Below are positions 27,617 to 41,800 of a stretch of 64,000 bases of DNA, in pieces (position 1 is the first letter of the stretch; each line of letters opens with the position of its first letter). This DNA comes from Amphiscolops sp. MND2022. Taxonomy: Eukaryota. The stretch spans positions 10,728,001 through 10,792,000 of the forward strand of contig OZ076409.1 in assembly GCA_964187785.1 (NCBI GenBank), written 5' to 3'. The notes under the pieces were generated by a model, which was not told where the DNA came from, made no database searches, and was given only the letters and a program-made list of their open reading frames with translations. A program made the translations under genes and the position numbers.

Positions 27617-27994
27617 TAGTCTGCGCTTTTTGACAAAAGTGCCCGACTATTACATTGGCTAGTTTTTTTTACTTTTTTGTCAAACCACAGAGTTTACCCT
27701 GTATGTACCACTTTTTGGTACAGAGGTTAATCGGTTTAGTGGAACTCAGCAGTCGCAGGTTCGAGTCCCTGATTTGACTAGAAACTTTTTCCTGCATTTG
27801 CAAAACCGAACGATACTGAAAGGAAAGTCTTTCGGTTTTGTAAGACTTTTTCACGAAAGTTTTTTAACGCCTCCAAAGCGTGCCTCCTATTTTTGAAATT
27901 TTGCAACAAACTGAACTTTCCGAAAAACTCAAAAGTACCCCTTTTACAGTTTTCGGGATTACAGCTTTAGGCTAAATTTTTCGTCTTCAAACTA
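27617..27994 (+). mobile_element. DINE-1/Helentron-like repeat interrupted by LTR element 1
   Basis: Begins TTTTTAGTCTGCGC...CCCGACTA like other copies and runs up to the TSD of element 1. Confidence 0.5.
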
Positions 27995-30233
27995 TGTCGG
28001 ACCCGGGTGTGTGGGCCGGCTTTGAAGGACCTTTCGAACTTGATGGTCGATTTTCACCGTCTGTTTTGCTTATGACTGCCATCATTAAGTCCTTCAGTTG
28101 ACTAAACTCACTTTGTAACTCGTTTATTTTCCTCTCGTAACTTTCTCTTATTTCAGACAACTGAGACGAGATATCTGAAGTTTCATTGCTATCGGAGTCA
28201 TTGGCAGATGACTGGGCCATGTCTGGGTCAGTTGGAACAGGTGTTTCTAACGAGGAACTAATAATTTTACCACTTCTGAGTTCAGTACCTTGTTCTGGGG
28301 TCATATAGACGAGTGAAAAGAGTTATGAGTGAAGGCTGAATTATTTGAGGTGTTATTGCGATGTATTTTGCTGTTTTTCTGATTTTATTATCTCTAATTC
28401 ACTAAACTTGAACAGAGATGTTTTATCGATGATTAGTACAAATAAGCAAGTCGTAAGGAAAAGTAGTAGGAAATTAACAAGGTGAATAGGAAAGTTCATC
28501 CAATGTTCATCGCAACAGTAAGTGCGTCAAAGGAATTACTCAGTTTTCAGTGTTTTAGTTTCTGAAGATGAAAATGCGATGTATTTTTCGAGTAAACTTC
28601 GACGTGAGATATCTTACTGGATGGTAGCTTGTCACAATTTCGGTCTCAGTAATCGCTAATGGAGGTCCAAATTACAGCAGTTCACGTGTCTTTTCGGTTG
28701 GTAAGACGCTAAATCTCTTACCAACCTTCTCTCATTGGCTGTTGCCAGCTGGTGTTAAAATGGTATGTCACGTGACCGGTGTTGTAAACTGCCGCAAGAT
28801 GGCTTAGCACCATGGTAAATCTACATATGCAAATGATAATTAGTCATTAGTTTACAAGATGTCGCAATTGCCTGCACATAACACAATGGTTGCCATAGCA
28901 ACGAAAATGCATCAAAAGTAATCGATATCACACTAATTTCAGGCTAGATCAAGTTACATTATATCACAGGATGGGAGAATGATGATTTTCCAATTAGAAA
29001 CAACAGTAAATCGATGCATATAAAACCAAAGGTGAATATGTGATGAATTATGACCTTATTTGTTGATTTTCAAGTCTAGTTTAGCTCTGGGATGAATGTG
29101 CGATGAAATGTAGTCTTTCTCGCTCGAAAATCAACACTTTTTAAATCAACGATGGTAAAAGGATGAACTCTCCCCGAAAATAGCTAATTCCCAGCACTAG
29201 TGAAATTGGCGATGAATTCAGGATGAATTCACTCGATAAAACAGGTGAAACAGCTAATTCTGCAGTAAAGACAATTGCACGATGAGTTTAGGATGAACTT
29301 GTCAGTTAAAACAGCAAATATCAAGGCAATACAAATTGGCGATGAGTTTAGGATGAACTCAGCCCAAAATTCAGCTAATTCTAGCACAAGTTGAACTAGC
29401 GATGAATTAGCGATGAACTTTTGCAATAAATCTGCCAAATGTAGCGCAAGCTAAATTGACGATGAACTAGTGATGAACTAGTCTAATAAAACAGATATCC
29501 AGCACTTCACTCTTTTTTAGGATGAATTAAAGATGTACTTTCTCATTTCTTACTGTTACTAGTCAGGACGATGAAATATGGATGTGTTATGCTCTTTAAG
29601 AAATGAGAAGCACATTGAAAGTTAGTAACTACAATACGGCGATGAGTATGGGATGTTTTTCATGCATTTTAAAGTCCCGTGAGATCCGCTGATGGATCAT
29701 TAAATAAAATCAAATAAATGTCCCAATTTTTGTTCAACCGCAATCTTGGCGATGTGATTGCGATGAACTTCGGCAAAATAGCACTAATTTCACTGGTACG
29801 TCAAGCTGAAAGATCACTAAGTCTGCTGATGGATTAGTGATGAATTTTTCGTGAAATTCGTCACGACTACAAGCTCTGAGGCGGGGAGCTAGTAGAAGTT
29901 ATACGTCTCATCATTTAAGCATCCTTCGGTCCAGTCTGACCGGAAAATACTTCTCTCCCTTGTCGTGACGAACCAATATTGAATAAGATAGCACATTAAA
30001 GGCCATTGGCAAGATCATTTGTGCGGACACCGGAACTAGAGCGCTCAGTATTAAATAAATATATATAGCTCAAACTCAGGGGGGGATAGGGATTAAGGTA
30101 CAAATAACGTAGGGTTGCTCACAACCATGGCTCTTATTATATGACATCATATTGCCCATATCTAAGTACATAAGACATAATATTTACATTACAGATATTT
30201 AGTAGATTATATTTCCATCATGCTGGCATGACA
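27995..30233 (-). repeat. 3' LTR of element 1
   Basis: TGTCGG...ATGACA; near-identical to 45099-47337. Confidence 0.97.
28970..29845. repeat. About 60-bp-period array of GATG-N7-GATG doublets in the LTR (also at about 46074-46949)
   Basis: Doublets start at 28970, 29091, 29151, 29211, 29281, 29341, 29401, 29461, 29521, 29570, 29641, 29751 and 29828. Confidence 0.9.
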
Positions 30234-31402
30234 CTCCCGGGGGTGGGATTTGGACTGAGAGTGCAGGGGCCAAATGTGCAGAGGATGGTTGTCTCGGCGT
30301 TGGCTTCGACTGTTTCCTTCGTTTGTTGGGGAGAAAATGCCCTTCGTTAGTTCTGAATTTGCATGTCCTTCGTTTGTTCTGTCCTGTGAGAGCTTCTCTG
30401 AGAAGAGGACCTTCGGTAATCGTCATTTCTGGCATCATCCTGGGTGATTTCGGTTAAAATGTTCGACGCGGCAACTCTAATTCTTGGCCCATCGAATGTC
30501 CGCTGATCTGCATTATATTGGTCGTCATGCTTTTGTCGGGAGCTCGGTTTGTTGATTATTTCGGTAGAAATCTCGATTTCCTGGAGAAAAGTTTTCCCCC
30601 CAGGCCGCCTACGCTGAGTAAACATTCAAGGCGTCTTCATTGACAAATTCGCAGTGAGTTGTCGCCGCTATTCGTCTAATTGCAAATTCTCGGGATGAAT
30701 GAACGATGAATTGTTTGCTCAGCGAGACATCGATGCTGGTTTAGCGGAACGGCTCGCGCCGCTGCTTTGTTTATTCGCGATGGAAAGGAGATGAATCGTC
30801 GTCATAGCCACTGTCAAAAGTTACTTCCGTTGCTCGACTTTGAGTGATGAGAAAGAGATGAATTCGTCGCCATAGCAACTGTTGCTCGATCTGATTGGCT
30901 GAGACTGGATTTATAACTGAAGGAAATTACAACCGGTTGTCAGCAGCATTCTCATCCATAAATCATCCTCCATTCAAGTCGGTTTGAAAATCGCCACGAT
31001 TTCCTTTGCGCGTTTCCGCTCAACTTCGTCGGTATTGATCTGAGACTGGCAGCTGTCAACAAATCAAATACTTGAAGTTTTTTGTCAAGTCTTAGGAGGG
31101 GACGATCCATTTTCAGAGAAAGCTTGAGCTGGCTGTACTGGGAAGAAAAGTGATGTCAGTATTTGAAATCGGAGAGTTTTTCATCGATTTTTCATCTTCT
31201 GAATTCAAGTATTTGATTAACATGGCATTCAAGCTGCGTCGCGCTCTTTGAAATCTTCTATTGAATTTGTTCTTCCGTAATCATGGTTGATCAGGCCATT
31301 TAATTACTGATCAAATTCTCTGTTCCTGAATTCTTCGATTTCTTTCCTTCTTTCACCTTCTTCCATTCTTTTCAGATTGTTTGTTTTGCAATTCAGTTCG
31401 AG

Positions 31403-34400
31403 ATGTCAGACATTCATTCAGTCTACTCCTTACCAGATACCGAGGTCACAGAAAGTAAGTGCACTAGTTTTTTCTTTTCTTCACAAACGGGTTAGGGACA
31501 ACTAGGTACTGAAAATACGTCTTGCCTTAGCTGACTCAGTCCATTCTGTTGGCATCGTATCTGAGTTGACGACGCTTCAAACTGTGCCGCCGCAAGAGAC
31601 TCCAATAGCCCAACCAGCTATCGCTGAGCCTCAGGTTGACCCTGGTAGTCAGCCTAATCAAGAGTTCAATGTCCCGTATCTTCCGCAGTGTAAGTATTAT
31701 CCTTCCGGCCTTCAGTTCAGTCTTCGAATCCCTCATATCTCATCCTTACTTCGTCCAGTAGTTGACTCCTTTCGTACGGTGTTTCAGACCACTACCCTTG
31801 GTATGCCTCTCTCGGCAGTATCACCTTCGGGTGGTATGACCGCCACATGCGGGACATGCTGCGGGACAGTATCCAGCAATTCAGTGAGTTTGTCGATTTC
31901 TCTTTCATTCTTCTAGGCGATCGTCCGAACACTCCGATGTGATTCCGATGTAAACATCTCATCTGCATGTAGTGTCCTTTGTGGTCGATTACCCATGTAA
32001 TTCATTTTCAAGATGAATTTAGGATGTGTTATGAACATTCACCGTTCTTCATGACTGGCTCGCTGTAAATCTCATTCTTTGAAGATGAGTTTTGGATGAA
32101 ATCTTCTCCAGTCTTTTTCTTCGCGCGGCGTACGCGCTCTTTCTTCTCCAATCGTCGTCGCTCAGTAACCGTTCCTTTTTCAGGCCCCACACCGATTCAC
32201 GCGCCGAGGCCTCGGCCCATCACCTATTCCATTGGAATAGGGACTAGTGATCACCAGGCTGAGAACATTGATGCTAGTACTCAGGGAGGGCCTCCTCAAC
32301 TTGACTTGTCCTCGTTCCTTCAGGACTTGTCATTCGGGAGTGTAAGTTCTCCTGTCAGGCAGGCGCCAGTGTCTGTACTGTCGCCAGTGTTGAGGGGTTC
32401 TTTCGCCGCTAGTAGTCCTCCTCCTGCTCGTATCACTCTCGACGCTGCTGTAAATGCTGTTGTCGATTGCGTGGATGCAGTCATCGATGCCGTTGTCGAT
32501 ACCTCTGATCGAGCAGTCCAGGCCGTTGTGGAAGTCAGTGAGTCCTCCACCTTCCATGATCCTCCTGTTGAGGAACCTGTCATCGTTGCCTCTTCTTCCG
32601 TTCCTGCTCTTTCAGTCAGCGGCACTGATACACTTGGTGATGCTTCCGTGAGTACTGCCGGCAGAGCTGAGACCCTACTTGAAGTCCCTGGTGACTTCTC
32701 GTTCGACAGCCTTCTGCCTGCTGAACCTGACCGAGAATCTGCTTCTCCCAGTGCTGCTCTCATGTCGACCGTGGCTTCTCCCATGGGACCCAATCTACTG
32801 GATAGTGATGACGAACCAATCGCGTCCCGTCTGCCAGGTTAACTAAACAGCTTTAAACTGGTGAAGTATCTGATCAGTAGATTTTTCATTCATTTCCTTC
32901 TTCGCTTTTGCTTTCACTAGCATTTTTCACGTTTTTCTTCTTTTCTATCCATTTTTCATCGTTCTTCTGTTTTCACTATATGGTTTTCTGCAGTTTTCCA
33001 TTTTCCATCACATTCTCATCGTCAAAAGTTGTTGAACAATAGTTTTTCGCTCTCTAGTCCTTTTTTAGAAATTTCATCTCTTTTACATCTTTAAAATTTT
33101 CTCTTTTCGGTTTTCGCTATTTTTCGGTGTTTTCTTTTCAGTTTTCATCTCTTTTTCATCGTTAAGTTGTTTTCGCTCTAAAATATCTCAATTTTTGGTT
33201 CAAAGTCGTTCTATTTATCTCTTTTCCATCGTTCAAGTTTTTCATTCTTTAAGGTTTCCATTTTTCATTCTGGTGGTGTGCAAAACACATCTCTTTTTCA
33301 TCTTTTCGTTTTTTTTTCGTTTTTCGCTTATATTTCCCGATGAAAATATTATTTTACATCATTTTTTCATCACTCCGGGTGACTTTTGGAAGTTTGCGTT
33401 GGTTTTTTCATTTTTCAGTTTTTAAAGGATTATTTTAAGATGATTTTGGAATTTCGTGGGAACGTGGTCGTTTTTAGTGGATGTGCTATGTGTTGGCATG
33501 TGATTATTTCTGTTTGTAGGGCGAAAAGTGATCAAGTCATGGTGGTTTACTCATGGATACTGTGGGCTTGCACTGGGCTATGCACGAAGTCATCAATCGC
33601 GGCTATCATTCGTTCGATGTTTACTGTGCAAGCGTGATATCAATGTTGGCAGCCGTGGTATCACTACATTCATGGAGCATTGACGTGGGCTCCGTCACCA
33701 TCGTTTGGACTGCCTGATTCGTTTGTTTCGGGATTTACCGTTGCGGCGACGCGACGGGTCATTGATGAGTAATGAAGAGAGTGTGGAGTGTAGGAGCAGC
33801 CTGGGCGGTGCAATGGTGCCGTTCATTGAGACGTGCCCCTCCTTTAGTGTACTGGAGGTGTTTGAGTTGGAAGCAGCTGGACGACCTGTGTGGGGGGACG
33901 AGGAGGAAGAGGATCTATTGTGTGAAAAGACGGTGCATCTGTTCGTGTGCCTGGTTATTGACTCAATCTATCGTGGGTGTCAGTTCGCCAGCGTAACGAG
34001 TTTGTGGGAGGTGATGGTTGCGTCAGAGCCGCAACATGCCTCTCTTTTCGGTGTTACTTGCGAAGTGAATGACGTGATGGTAATTCGTATTTCTTTTTGT
34101 TTTTTGTTTCATGAAGATTCGTGTAGATGAAAAAATACATTTGGTGGGTGGTTTTCCATAGGTAGTTTTGAAGCTTGGGTAGGGGGGATTTTCAACTATT
34201 AATTGTGTCGGGTTATTTTTAAGCGGATAGTGATTTAATGTATAGTAAAGTTGACGTTTGTTTTTAGAGTGTGGTTCTACTGTGTTTGTGGCCGTACGCG
34301 ATGAAGAGGCTAATCACTCTGTGGTCTAACTGTGGGTTCACTAGCTTTCATGTGGCTGTTGGGCAGGGGCGAGTGACTGGCACGGTCACAATGTGTTCTC

Positions 34401-36183
34401 TAGAAGGGATCAGTCAGTACTGTGTCTTCAGTTTTGGTCTGTCTCAGGATTGGGAAAAACGAGTTGTCACGTGGATGATTAACATGTGGTGTTGTTTGCT
34501 TGGAGAACCTGTTCCACTTGGACTGTGTTGCGATGCGTTGCCACAGCTGGGTGGACTGTTCCAAGCCGCCACTGGCGTTGGGTCACTGGAGTTGAAGACG
34601 CTGTCATTGTGTGAAATCAGTCGGACAATTGTGGACGTGGGAGGGCGGGCGCTCGGCGGGACTGATATTCACGTGGTGCTGAATCATCTGCAGAAAAGAC
34701 TGAAGGGATATGTCAGGGATCCTCTGTTGTTGAGCTGCCCTCATCTGTTGCAGGTCGGTGTAGTCTTCCGCTTTTATTTGAGTGTTACTATGAGTTGTGC
34801 TCTTTGTCTGTTTCTGTTGTTTGTATATTGGTAGTAGTTTGTATTGTAATATTTTGTTTTATCTATGTGGAGCTTGTTATGTTTTGTTTAGGCGATTTTA
34901 TCCGGGGAAGTCTACGTGTGGACTCTTGCTGATGTGTGCGACGAATTACGTGCCAATTGGGCAGAAGTGCTGTGTCTAGTTCGATTCGCTTCGGGAGACG
35001 GGCCAGTAGATGCGTTGGATCTTACTTTGAGGGTGGAATTTGGGATCCCAATCAGGCTTCGGGCACTTAGTATGGTCTATCGTGCTTGTTAGTATGTTGT
35101 ATACTTACCGGGTGGGAAGTTTATGTAGTTGGCCGTTTTTACGTATTCGAGTGTTTAATCAATTCGCATTTTTCGGGAAGGGAACGGGGGGGGGGGTTAT
35201 TCCGATTATTTACTGTGTATAGAATTGGTGTGTTTTTCATTTCAGTAGTGACGTCGTACGAAAAGAGTTTCGGGTCTTCATCATTGCGGAGTTGCTACTG
35301 GGCGATCGAGAGTGCATTCTTTGTGAAACGCCTGCTGACTCTACTGGTTGACGAAGAGAGCCTGCCCACTGATCTGGATATCCGTGGGTGGTTGTTTGTG
35401 GATGTAGACAGTTATGTTGTGTCAGCGACTAAGTTACAAGCCCTTATCGAGAGTTTCAGCTCGGATGAGAATTTGACGGAAGATGTGGCTGTGTATGAAG
35501 AGGATGTGTCCCGGGTGCCTAATTTCTTATTGTCTATCGTCAGGAACGTATTATTGCTACCAGGGATTCGTGACGATCTTGCTTTCGCGCGAAGTGTCTT
35601 TAGTTCACCCAGACTGGTTTGTGTGGCGGAAACTGATCTTGTGGCGAAAATTCGCAATTTTACTGGATTACTTGTGGAAATGGGGCGGATCAGTTTAGTC
35701 GAACAGGATCGAATGGAGCTCGGATTTCTGGAATTTATAAGGGCTTTTCGGTGCGAGCCTAGGCCAGCTGGGGCGACTGCCGAGTATTCAGCCGTTGATC
35801 TGTTGCGTTGCTGTTCCAGTCGCGGGTCACAGAGTCTGTTACAACTTGTCTTTTGCCTGGGAGGGGTGGTGCAGAGCACTTGCAATACCATATGCGAAGG
35901 GATCGGGCACCTGCCGAGCGATGTCATGAGCTGTGTATGTGCAGTAATCTCTGGTTATTTGTCTGCTAATCATGTGCGAAGTTACGGTAGTGTCAGTGGG
36001 CCACTGTTGGAAGAAGTGATGGAGTCGCACAGAAGGCTCGTTGATCTATCAGAGATTACAGAGGGCATGTTGTGGGACGACGTCGGTATCGTGGCTGGGG
36101 AAGATTATCGTCTCCAGTTATATGCTAGTCTTGGTTACGATGTGACCGGGGAGCGGGCTGCCAGTCCCGAGATTGGAAACTGA
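31403..36183 (+). CDS. Predicted spliced gene antisense to element 1: disordered N-terminus, zinc finger, hAT-transposase-like body lacking obvious catalytic residues (about 1028 codons, one in-frame TGA)
   Basis: Exons 31403-31454, 31531-31689, 31759-31800, 32184-32837, 33520-34079, 34268-34753, 34892-35087, 35246-36183. All introns are GT-AG and phase-compatible; total 3087 nt. C-x2-C-x16-H-x5-H finger; AATAAA at 36284. Confidence 0.75.
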
Positions 36184-36283
36184 CTTTTTAACTGTTTATG
36201 TTGTTCATTGTTTTGCTATATAATTTGTTGTATTTACATATTAGTGTAGTTATTCATATGTTGGGAGACCCATGAAAAAGGTC

Positions 36284-36289
36284 AATAAA
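36284..36289 (+). terminator. Candidate polyadenylation signal of the antisense gene
   Basis: AATAAA about 100 nt after the stop codon. Confidence 0.45.
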
Positions 36290-38820
36290 TGGAAAGCACA
36301 GTAACGACCATAGTGAGAATGATACAAATCCAGATGCTACGGCGGAAAGATCGGTAGTAGTGTATTTACAACATTAGTTATTTTGGTGCCCAATATCTGT
36401 TTTTCTATGGAGTTGTTAGTGATAGTTACAGAGGATATTAAGTACGTGTAAATCAACAATTTCGTCCAACAGTTCACTTGAGGCATTGTCTTCTGTGTTT
36501 TTGTATCATAGATCATCGGTGGCGCTTCGCTTTTTTGGTGTTCATCGTTATTACATCTCGTGGGAGTGTAGGTAATTCGTCAGCGTTTGATTTTTGATTT
36601 CTCATCTCCTTTTCATCACGTTTTCCTCGGTCGACCGAGCGACGTCGCGAAAACTGTTTTCTCATCTTTTTTACATCGTTCGTTATATGCGATTCATTGC
36701 ATGTTTGTTACATGTGATTTTTCTACATAGTTCATCGTTTTTTCATCTTGCGGTTTCATGTTATCATTTTGTCGAGTTATTTGTTGTAGTTCATCGTTTT
36801 TGCATCGCGAGTTTGACTTGCCCGTTTTTGTCCAATTTGCGGCATAGTTCATCTTCTTTTCATCGTGGTTTTGAAATGTACGAATTTTTGCGTGTTTTCG
36901 ATGTTATTTGTCTATAGCGTAAGCGGGGGTTGCATTTTTCATGTCTGAGGGAAATTTTTATTAATATTGCGGTGTTTTCGGAGTGTTTTCTTCATGTATT
37001 TTAGCGTTATACGGTGTGGATCGTTTGTCGTGTTTTTGAAATTGCATGAATTTTAGTGTACATGTGTATTAAGCATCATCATTGCGTTTTGAATTTGTCA
37101 TCTTTTGAACATCATTGCATGAGTCATTTTTCGGAGTTTTGTGACTACCGCTTGCGTGGAAGTCGAAATAGATGTTCACTCAGCAGTGGTATTGGTACCC
37201 TGTAGGCGTGCAAGGTACTTGGGGTTCCAATCCAAAGCTGTGTGAGTGGAGCTGCTGCGCTCCTTTCAGATGAACGAATTCTCTTAGTTTCACACTGTAT
37301 GTAGTCTGCATGTTATTTTTTACGATCGGTTGTTGTCTTTAAACGTCCAAATGGGTTTATCCATTTGACGGTTCATTTGCTCAATCAAGGTAATTGATAT
37401 CTACGGCTTTGCATGTTTCGAGTTTTTAATTAGGTGATATTGTGTGTTCATGTTCGCATCATTGCATAAATTATGTTTTAAATGGGTGGCCCCATTATGT
37501 GCATGTTGTGTTATTTTTCGTCGGTTGTTTCATGTATTGATAATTTTATTTTTGTTCGTGAATTGGGACAGGGCTTTGTCGTCACAAAGCCCCTACAAAA
37601 CTAAACTGAGAATCCACTGATCATCATAGGTTTCCCCATGAGTCACAGCTTCATCCGGAATGGTAGTGAGCACCCCAGATCAACCAACAAGCACTCTTTT
37701 CAGAGAATTGCCCGCCAGCACGAAGGAATGATGTCGGTATTTGGCGAGGCTATTTTAGTTATTCGAATCGGATGTTGCTAGGAGTTGCTCTTTCCATTCT
37801 CCCAATTTGTGTTATTCTCGTGATTTTCATTTGATTGCATGTGTCTTAATCGGGTGCATGTAATCTCGATCGTTCGTTTCTTTTTGGTTCGCCTAGGTTT
37901 ATGGTGATTTGGTGTGAATTGCATATGTTATCTCGTTCATTTTTGAACGGTACATGTATATTTCGTGTGTTTCTCATTTGTATTGCATGTAGTTTGGAAT
38001 TGTCAATTTGTTTTTCGTGACGTCATTGATTTGGCAGGTCTTTGAACCTTACATGTATTGCTCATTTCATTTATGCCGTGGCATAATTCTATTTGCATGA
38101 TTCGAAATAAGGTCGGCTGTTTGTTATCGTTTCGTGAAGTTACATGTTGTTTGAGAATTAGCTGTTTTATTGTGATGTTATGTTGATGGTGTTTCCCATC
38201 ACAAGGAGTTTTTGGTAAGTCATCAAATATTTTCGAATTTTCATTTAGACTAAATTCATCGTTTTGACATCCTCCAGCGAAGCTAGAGTATTGTGTCAGG
38301 CTAACGATAAATTCGGTCACGATTTGATGGTAGTTTCCATCACAAAATCATCTCGTTAATTGATTTCATATAATGTCTGAATAATTGAATCGAGTTCATC
38401 GCTATTTCATCCTCTAGCCGAGCTAGAGTATTATGATAGCATGAACTTGAGTGCGATCGTATTGTGATGGCATTTTCCATCTCAAATACATCGCTAGTAG
38501 ATATTGCATGTTGATTGGTCGAAATTTTGACTAAGTTCATCACTTTTTCATCTCTCGTGTGTCTGAGCTAAATTTTCATGTGATTTCATCCTTTTTTCAT
38601 CTCGAAAATTTCATGTTCCGTTTTTTCTGGTTTTTTGCTCGTTTTTCATCCGTTTTACATCGTGTTTTGTTTTTATGCGTTTTTCATGTGATTTTTAGTA
38701 ACTTTTCATCCATTTTACATCTTCATGTTTGTTTTAAGTTGAAATTGCATGTAATTGACTGGTTTTTGAGACCTTTTCATCCTTAACACATCGTGTGTTT
38801 GGAAATGTGGTTTTTCATGG

Positions 38821-41800
38821 CTAAATCGTTACGTTTACTTTGTTGGTCTTTCTCAGAGAGTTTCTGGCTGATGTAATCTCATGAATAAGGAAGTCAGGAT
38901 ATTTTTTCGGTGTAGGGTTTTCGCGTAACCTGTACCTACTTTGATTGTTTCTAGAAGGTCTAGAACTCATCCTTTCCTCATCTTCAGTTTGCGTGTTTGT
39001 CGGTTGTGACTGATTTTCGTGTTGTTCGTCTGTCAAAGGTACTCTTATCCTACTCTCATCGCGGGGGGGCGGTAGGATAATTTCCTCCTGCGTTCCAAAT
39101 CTAACTGTAGGTGGTCTAAAGTTGTTGTGGTCAGTTTCTACTTGATGATAATCTATTCTCGTGGTTATTTCTGGTGGAATTACTTGTGGACCGTGTTGTT
39201 CTTGTACCTGCGGAATTGTTTCTTCTGAAGGCTCTTCTTCGACTAAGTCTTGGTCTAGATTGTCATTCTCATTCTGATCTACTTCGTCGGTCGTCGGAAT
39301 ATTCGAGTCGAAAATGTCCGTGTCTTCAACCCTTTCAGTGTCTGGGTAGAGATGTTTGGACACGTTGATGTCATCAATCGGAAATTCCGGTTTGCACAAT
39401 CTCAGTCGCATGCGATGTACGCACTGAGTTTGGTGTGTGCCTACTTTGCGGATGATGTAGTTGCTATCGGATAGCACTTTAATCACCTTGTACGGTCCTT
39501 TCCAATGGAAAGTTTTAAACTCTTCTTTGCTTCTCTGAGAGTCGTACTTAGGATCTAGTAGGAACACAAATTCATTCACCTTCAGTGGCTGTGCTCGTGC
39601 TTTTCTGTCATAGTACGTTTTGTACTTATGATAGGCGGAAATGATGTTATCTAGATTGTCTCTGAAGATGAAGTTCATTTTGTCTAGAATTTCATTCACG
39701 TCCTTGCACTTTGTTTCAGCCGGTTTGTTTGCGTTTCGGAATTGCAGATCTAGTGAGTTGTATGGTGTTCTTCCGTGGAAAATTTCAGTTGGTGAACATT
39801 CAGTGAATCATGATACGTTGTGTTATGGGCCATGATTGCTATGTCGACATAGCGGTCCCATTGTGGTCTGTCTGCGTTTACACTAATTTTAAGGATCTTT
39901 TTCAGTTTCGCGTGCGTTCTCTCCACCATGCCTATTGTCTGTGCGTGCTTTATCGTGGCATGTGAGATGTGAATATCAGCCGCTTTCGCGATTTCAGACA
40001 GAAGTTCAGCCGTAAACGCCGTGCCCTTGTCCGTCAGAATGTGCTTGGGCACATACGCGTGTTTCGTGAAGATCGACAGTAATCCTCTGACTACGGAATG
40101 TGTATCAGGTCTCTTCAGCGGAACGGCGAACAGGTAGCGCGAAAAAACATCAACAGCCGTCAGAATGTGCGTAAAACCGTTCGACGCCGGGAGTGGACCA
40201 ACGATGTCTATTTCCAACAGGTCTTCTGGTCCGTCGCACGGGTCGTAGATTTTTTGTAACGGTGGACGTAGTTGCGTTTCTTTTACACTTTTAGATTTCA
40301 TGCAGTTTTCACATCCTTCAAGGACTTTTTGAACTTTACAGGCTAAGTTAGGAGAGTAATATCTTTTACGAAGTTCGTACAACATTTTCTTCAAACCGGG
40401 GTGTCCTTGCACTGGACTGTTATGCAGAGTCCTAATTATTTTCAAGATACAGTCTTCAGGAACAACTAACTGCTTGTGAGACTCCAGTCCCGTGTGATCA
40501 AAAAACTGTCTGTACAGGACACCGTTTACAACTTGTAGACGTTTTCGATTTTTGTGCAACTTTTGAAAAAACTGATCTTGCATATTAACTGGGTGTTGCA
40601 AAATTTCAGTACCTTCCAAAAATCTAATCATTTTTTGAATAACCCAGTTATTTTTCTGGACCTGAATTAGATCGATCCCCTCAGCAGGGCTAACCTGACT
40701 CATTACCGGGTGTGATAATGATACTTTACGGATGAATTGTGATAGTTGAATCGGCTCGTCCACGTCTGTGAGGCGGTACGTCAGATGGTTGTCAGTTGCG
40801 AAGTCATCTGAGGCCGCTGTTCTCTCACAGTTGGTGAACTTCATCCCTTTCCCATCGTCTTGAGCCACGTCGGTGCCAGGTGCCAAGTTCATCTCTTTGA
40901 CATCCTTCTGGCGTTTGCATCTGAGTGGTTCGCTCGTGGGAAAGTAATCAGGCTCGTCTTCCTCCTGTTTTGGTGTACGGGAGGCGATGTCGATCTCGAT
41001 TCTGTGAATTGGAATAGTATCAGTCAATTTTAAATGAACACGGTCTTCAGGTCTAATCTCAAGCCGAGATAAGTAATCCGCTGCGGGATTTTCAACTCCT
41101 GGTACATGTGCTAGTAAAAAATTGAACTGAAGGGTTTGGTCACAAAAATTCCAAAGTGAAGGCGGGATATGCTTCGCCTGAAAAAATCTAGTCAAGGCCT
41201 TATTGTCAGTCATAACAATGATGGGTTTTTTCGCACCCCACAAAATGTGGCCAAATTCATCGAAGGCAAAGTGCATAGCTAAAAACTCTTTGGCATACAT
41301 TGTTAGAGACATCTGGCCGCCCTGAAATTTCTTAGAGCCAAATGCAACAGGGGCGTATGTATGTTTGACTGACGGGTCAGCATAATCCTCGATTAACAAC
41401 ACATAGCCGGCAGCGTGTTCGCTGGCGTCACACATGATTACCAATTGTTTATCTGGTAATGGCAATTTCAGAGACACTTTTGTTGCTTTTAACAAACTTT
41501 CATTAATTTCAAAAATAGCATCTTTATGTTGCTGGTTCAGTTTGAAAGGGACGTCTTTCTTGATGAGTTCCTGTAAACAACAAGTTTTATCAGCTAGACG
41601 GGGAATATAAGACCTGTAAAAGTTTACAAAACCAAGATAACGTTGCAACGCTTTCACTGAATTGGGGGGTTTCAACTTGGTTAAATAATCTGTTACGCGT
41701 TTTTCAATGGGAGCAATACCAGTGCTAGAAATGGTTTTTCCTAGGTACTCAATTTGTTTTTGTCCAAATTCACATTTATTCATGCTAAGTTTAAGACCAG

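Noticed and set aside
27987..28304. 105-aa ORF as an independent gene
   Set aside because: It is the 3' LTR copy of the gag N-terminus and ends just outside the LTR.
28970..29845. CRISPR-like repeat-spacer appearance of the 60-bp array
   Set aside because: The repeats are short and degenerate, the spacers are related to each other, there are no cas genes, and the context is a eukaryotic LTR.
32096..32842. 248-aa ORF as a stand-alone CDS (likewise 31566, 33705, 34271 and 35086)
   Set aside because: Their ends are T-rich intron-like sequence; they are better explained as exons of the spliced antisense gene.
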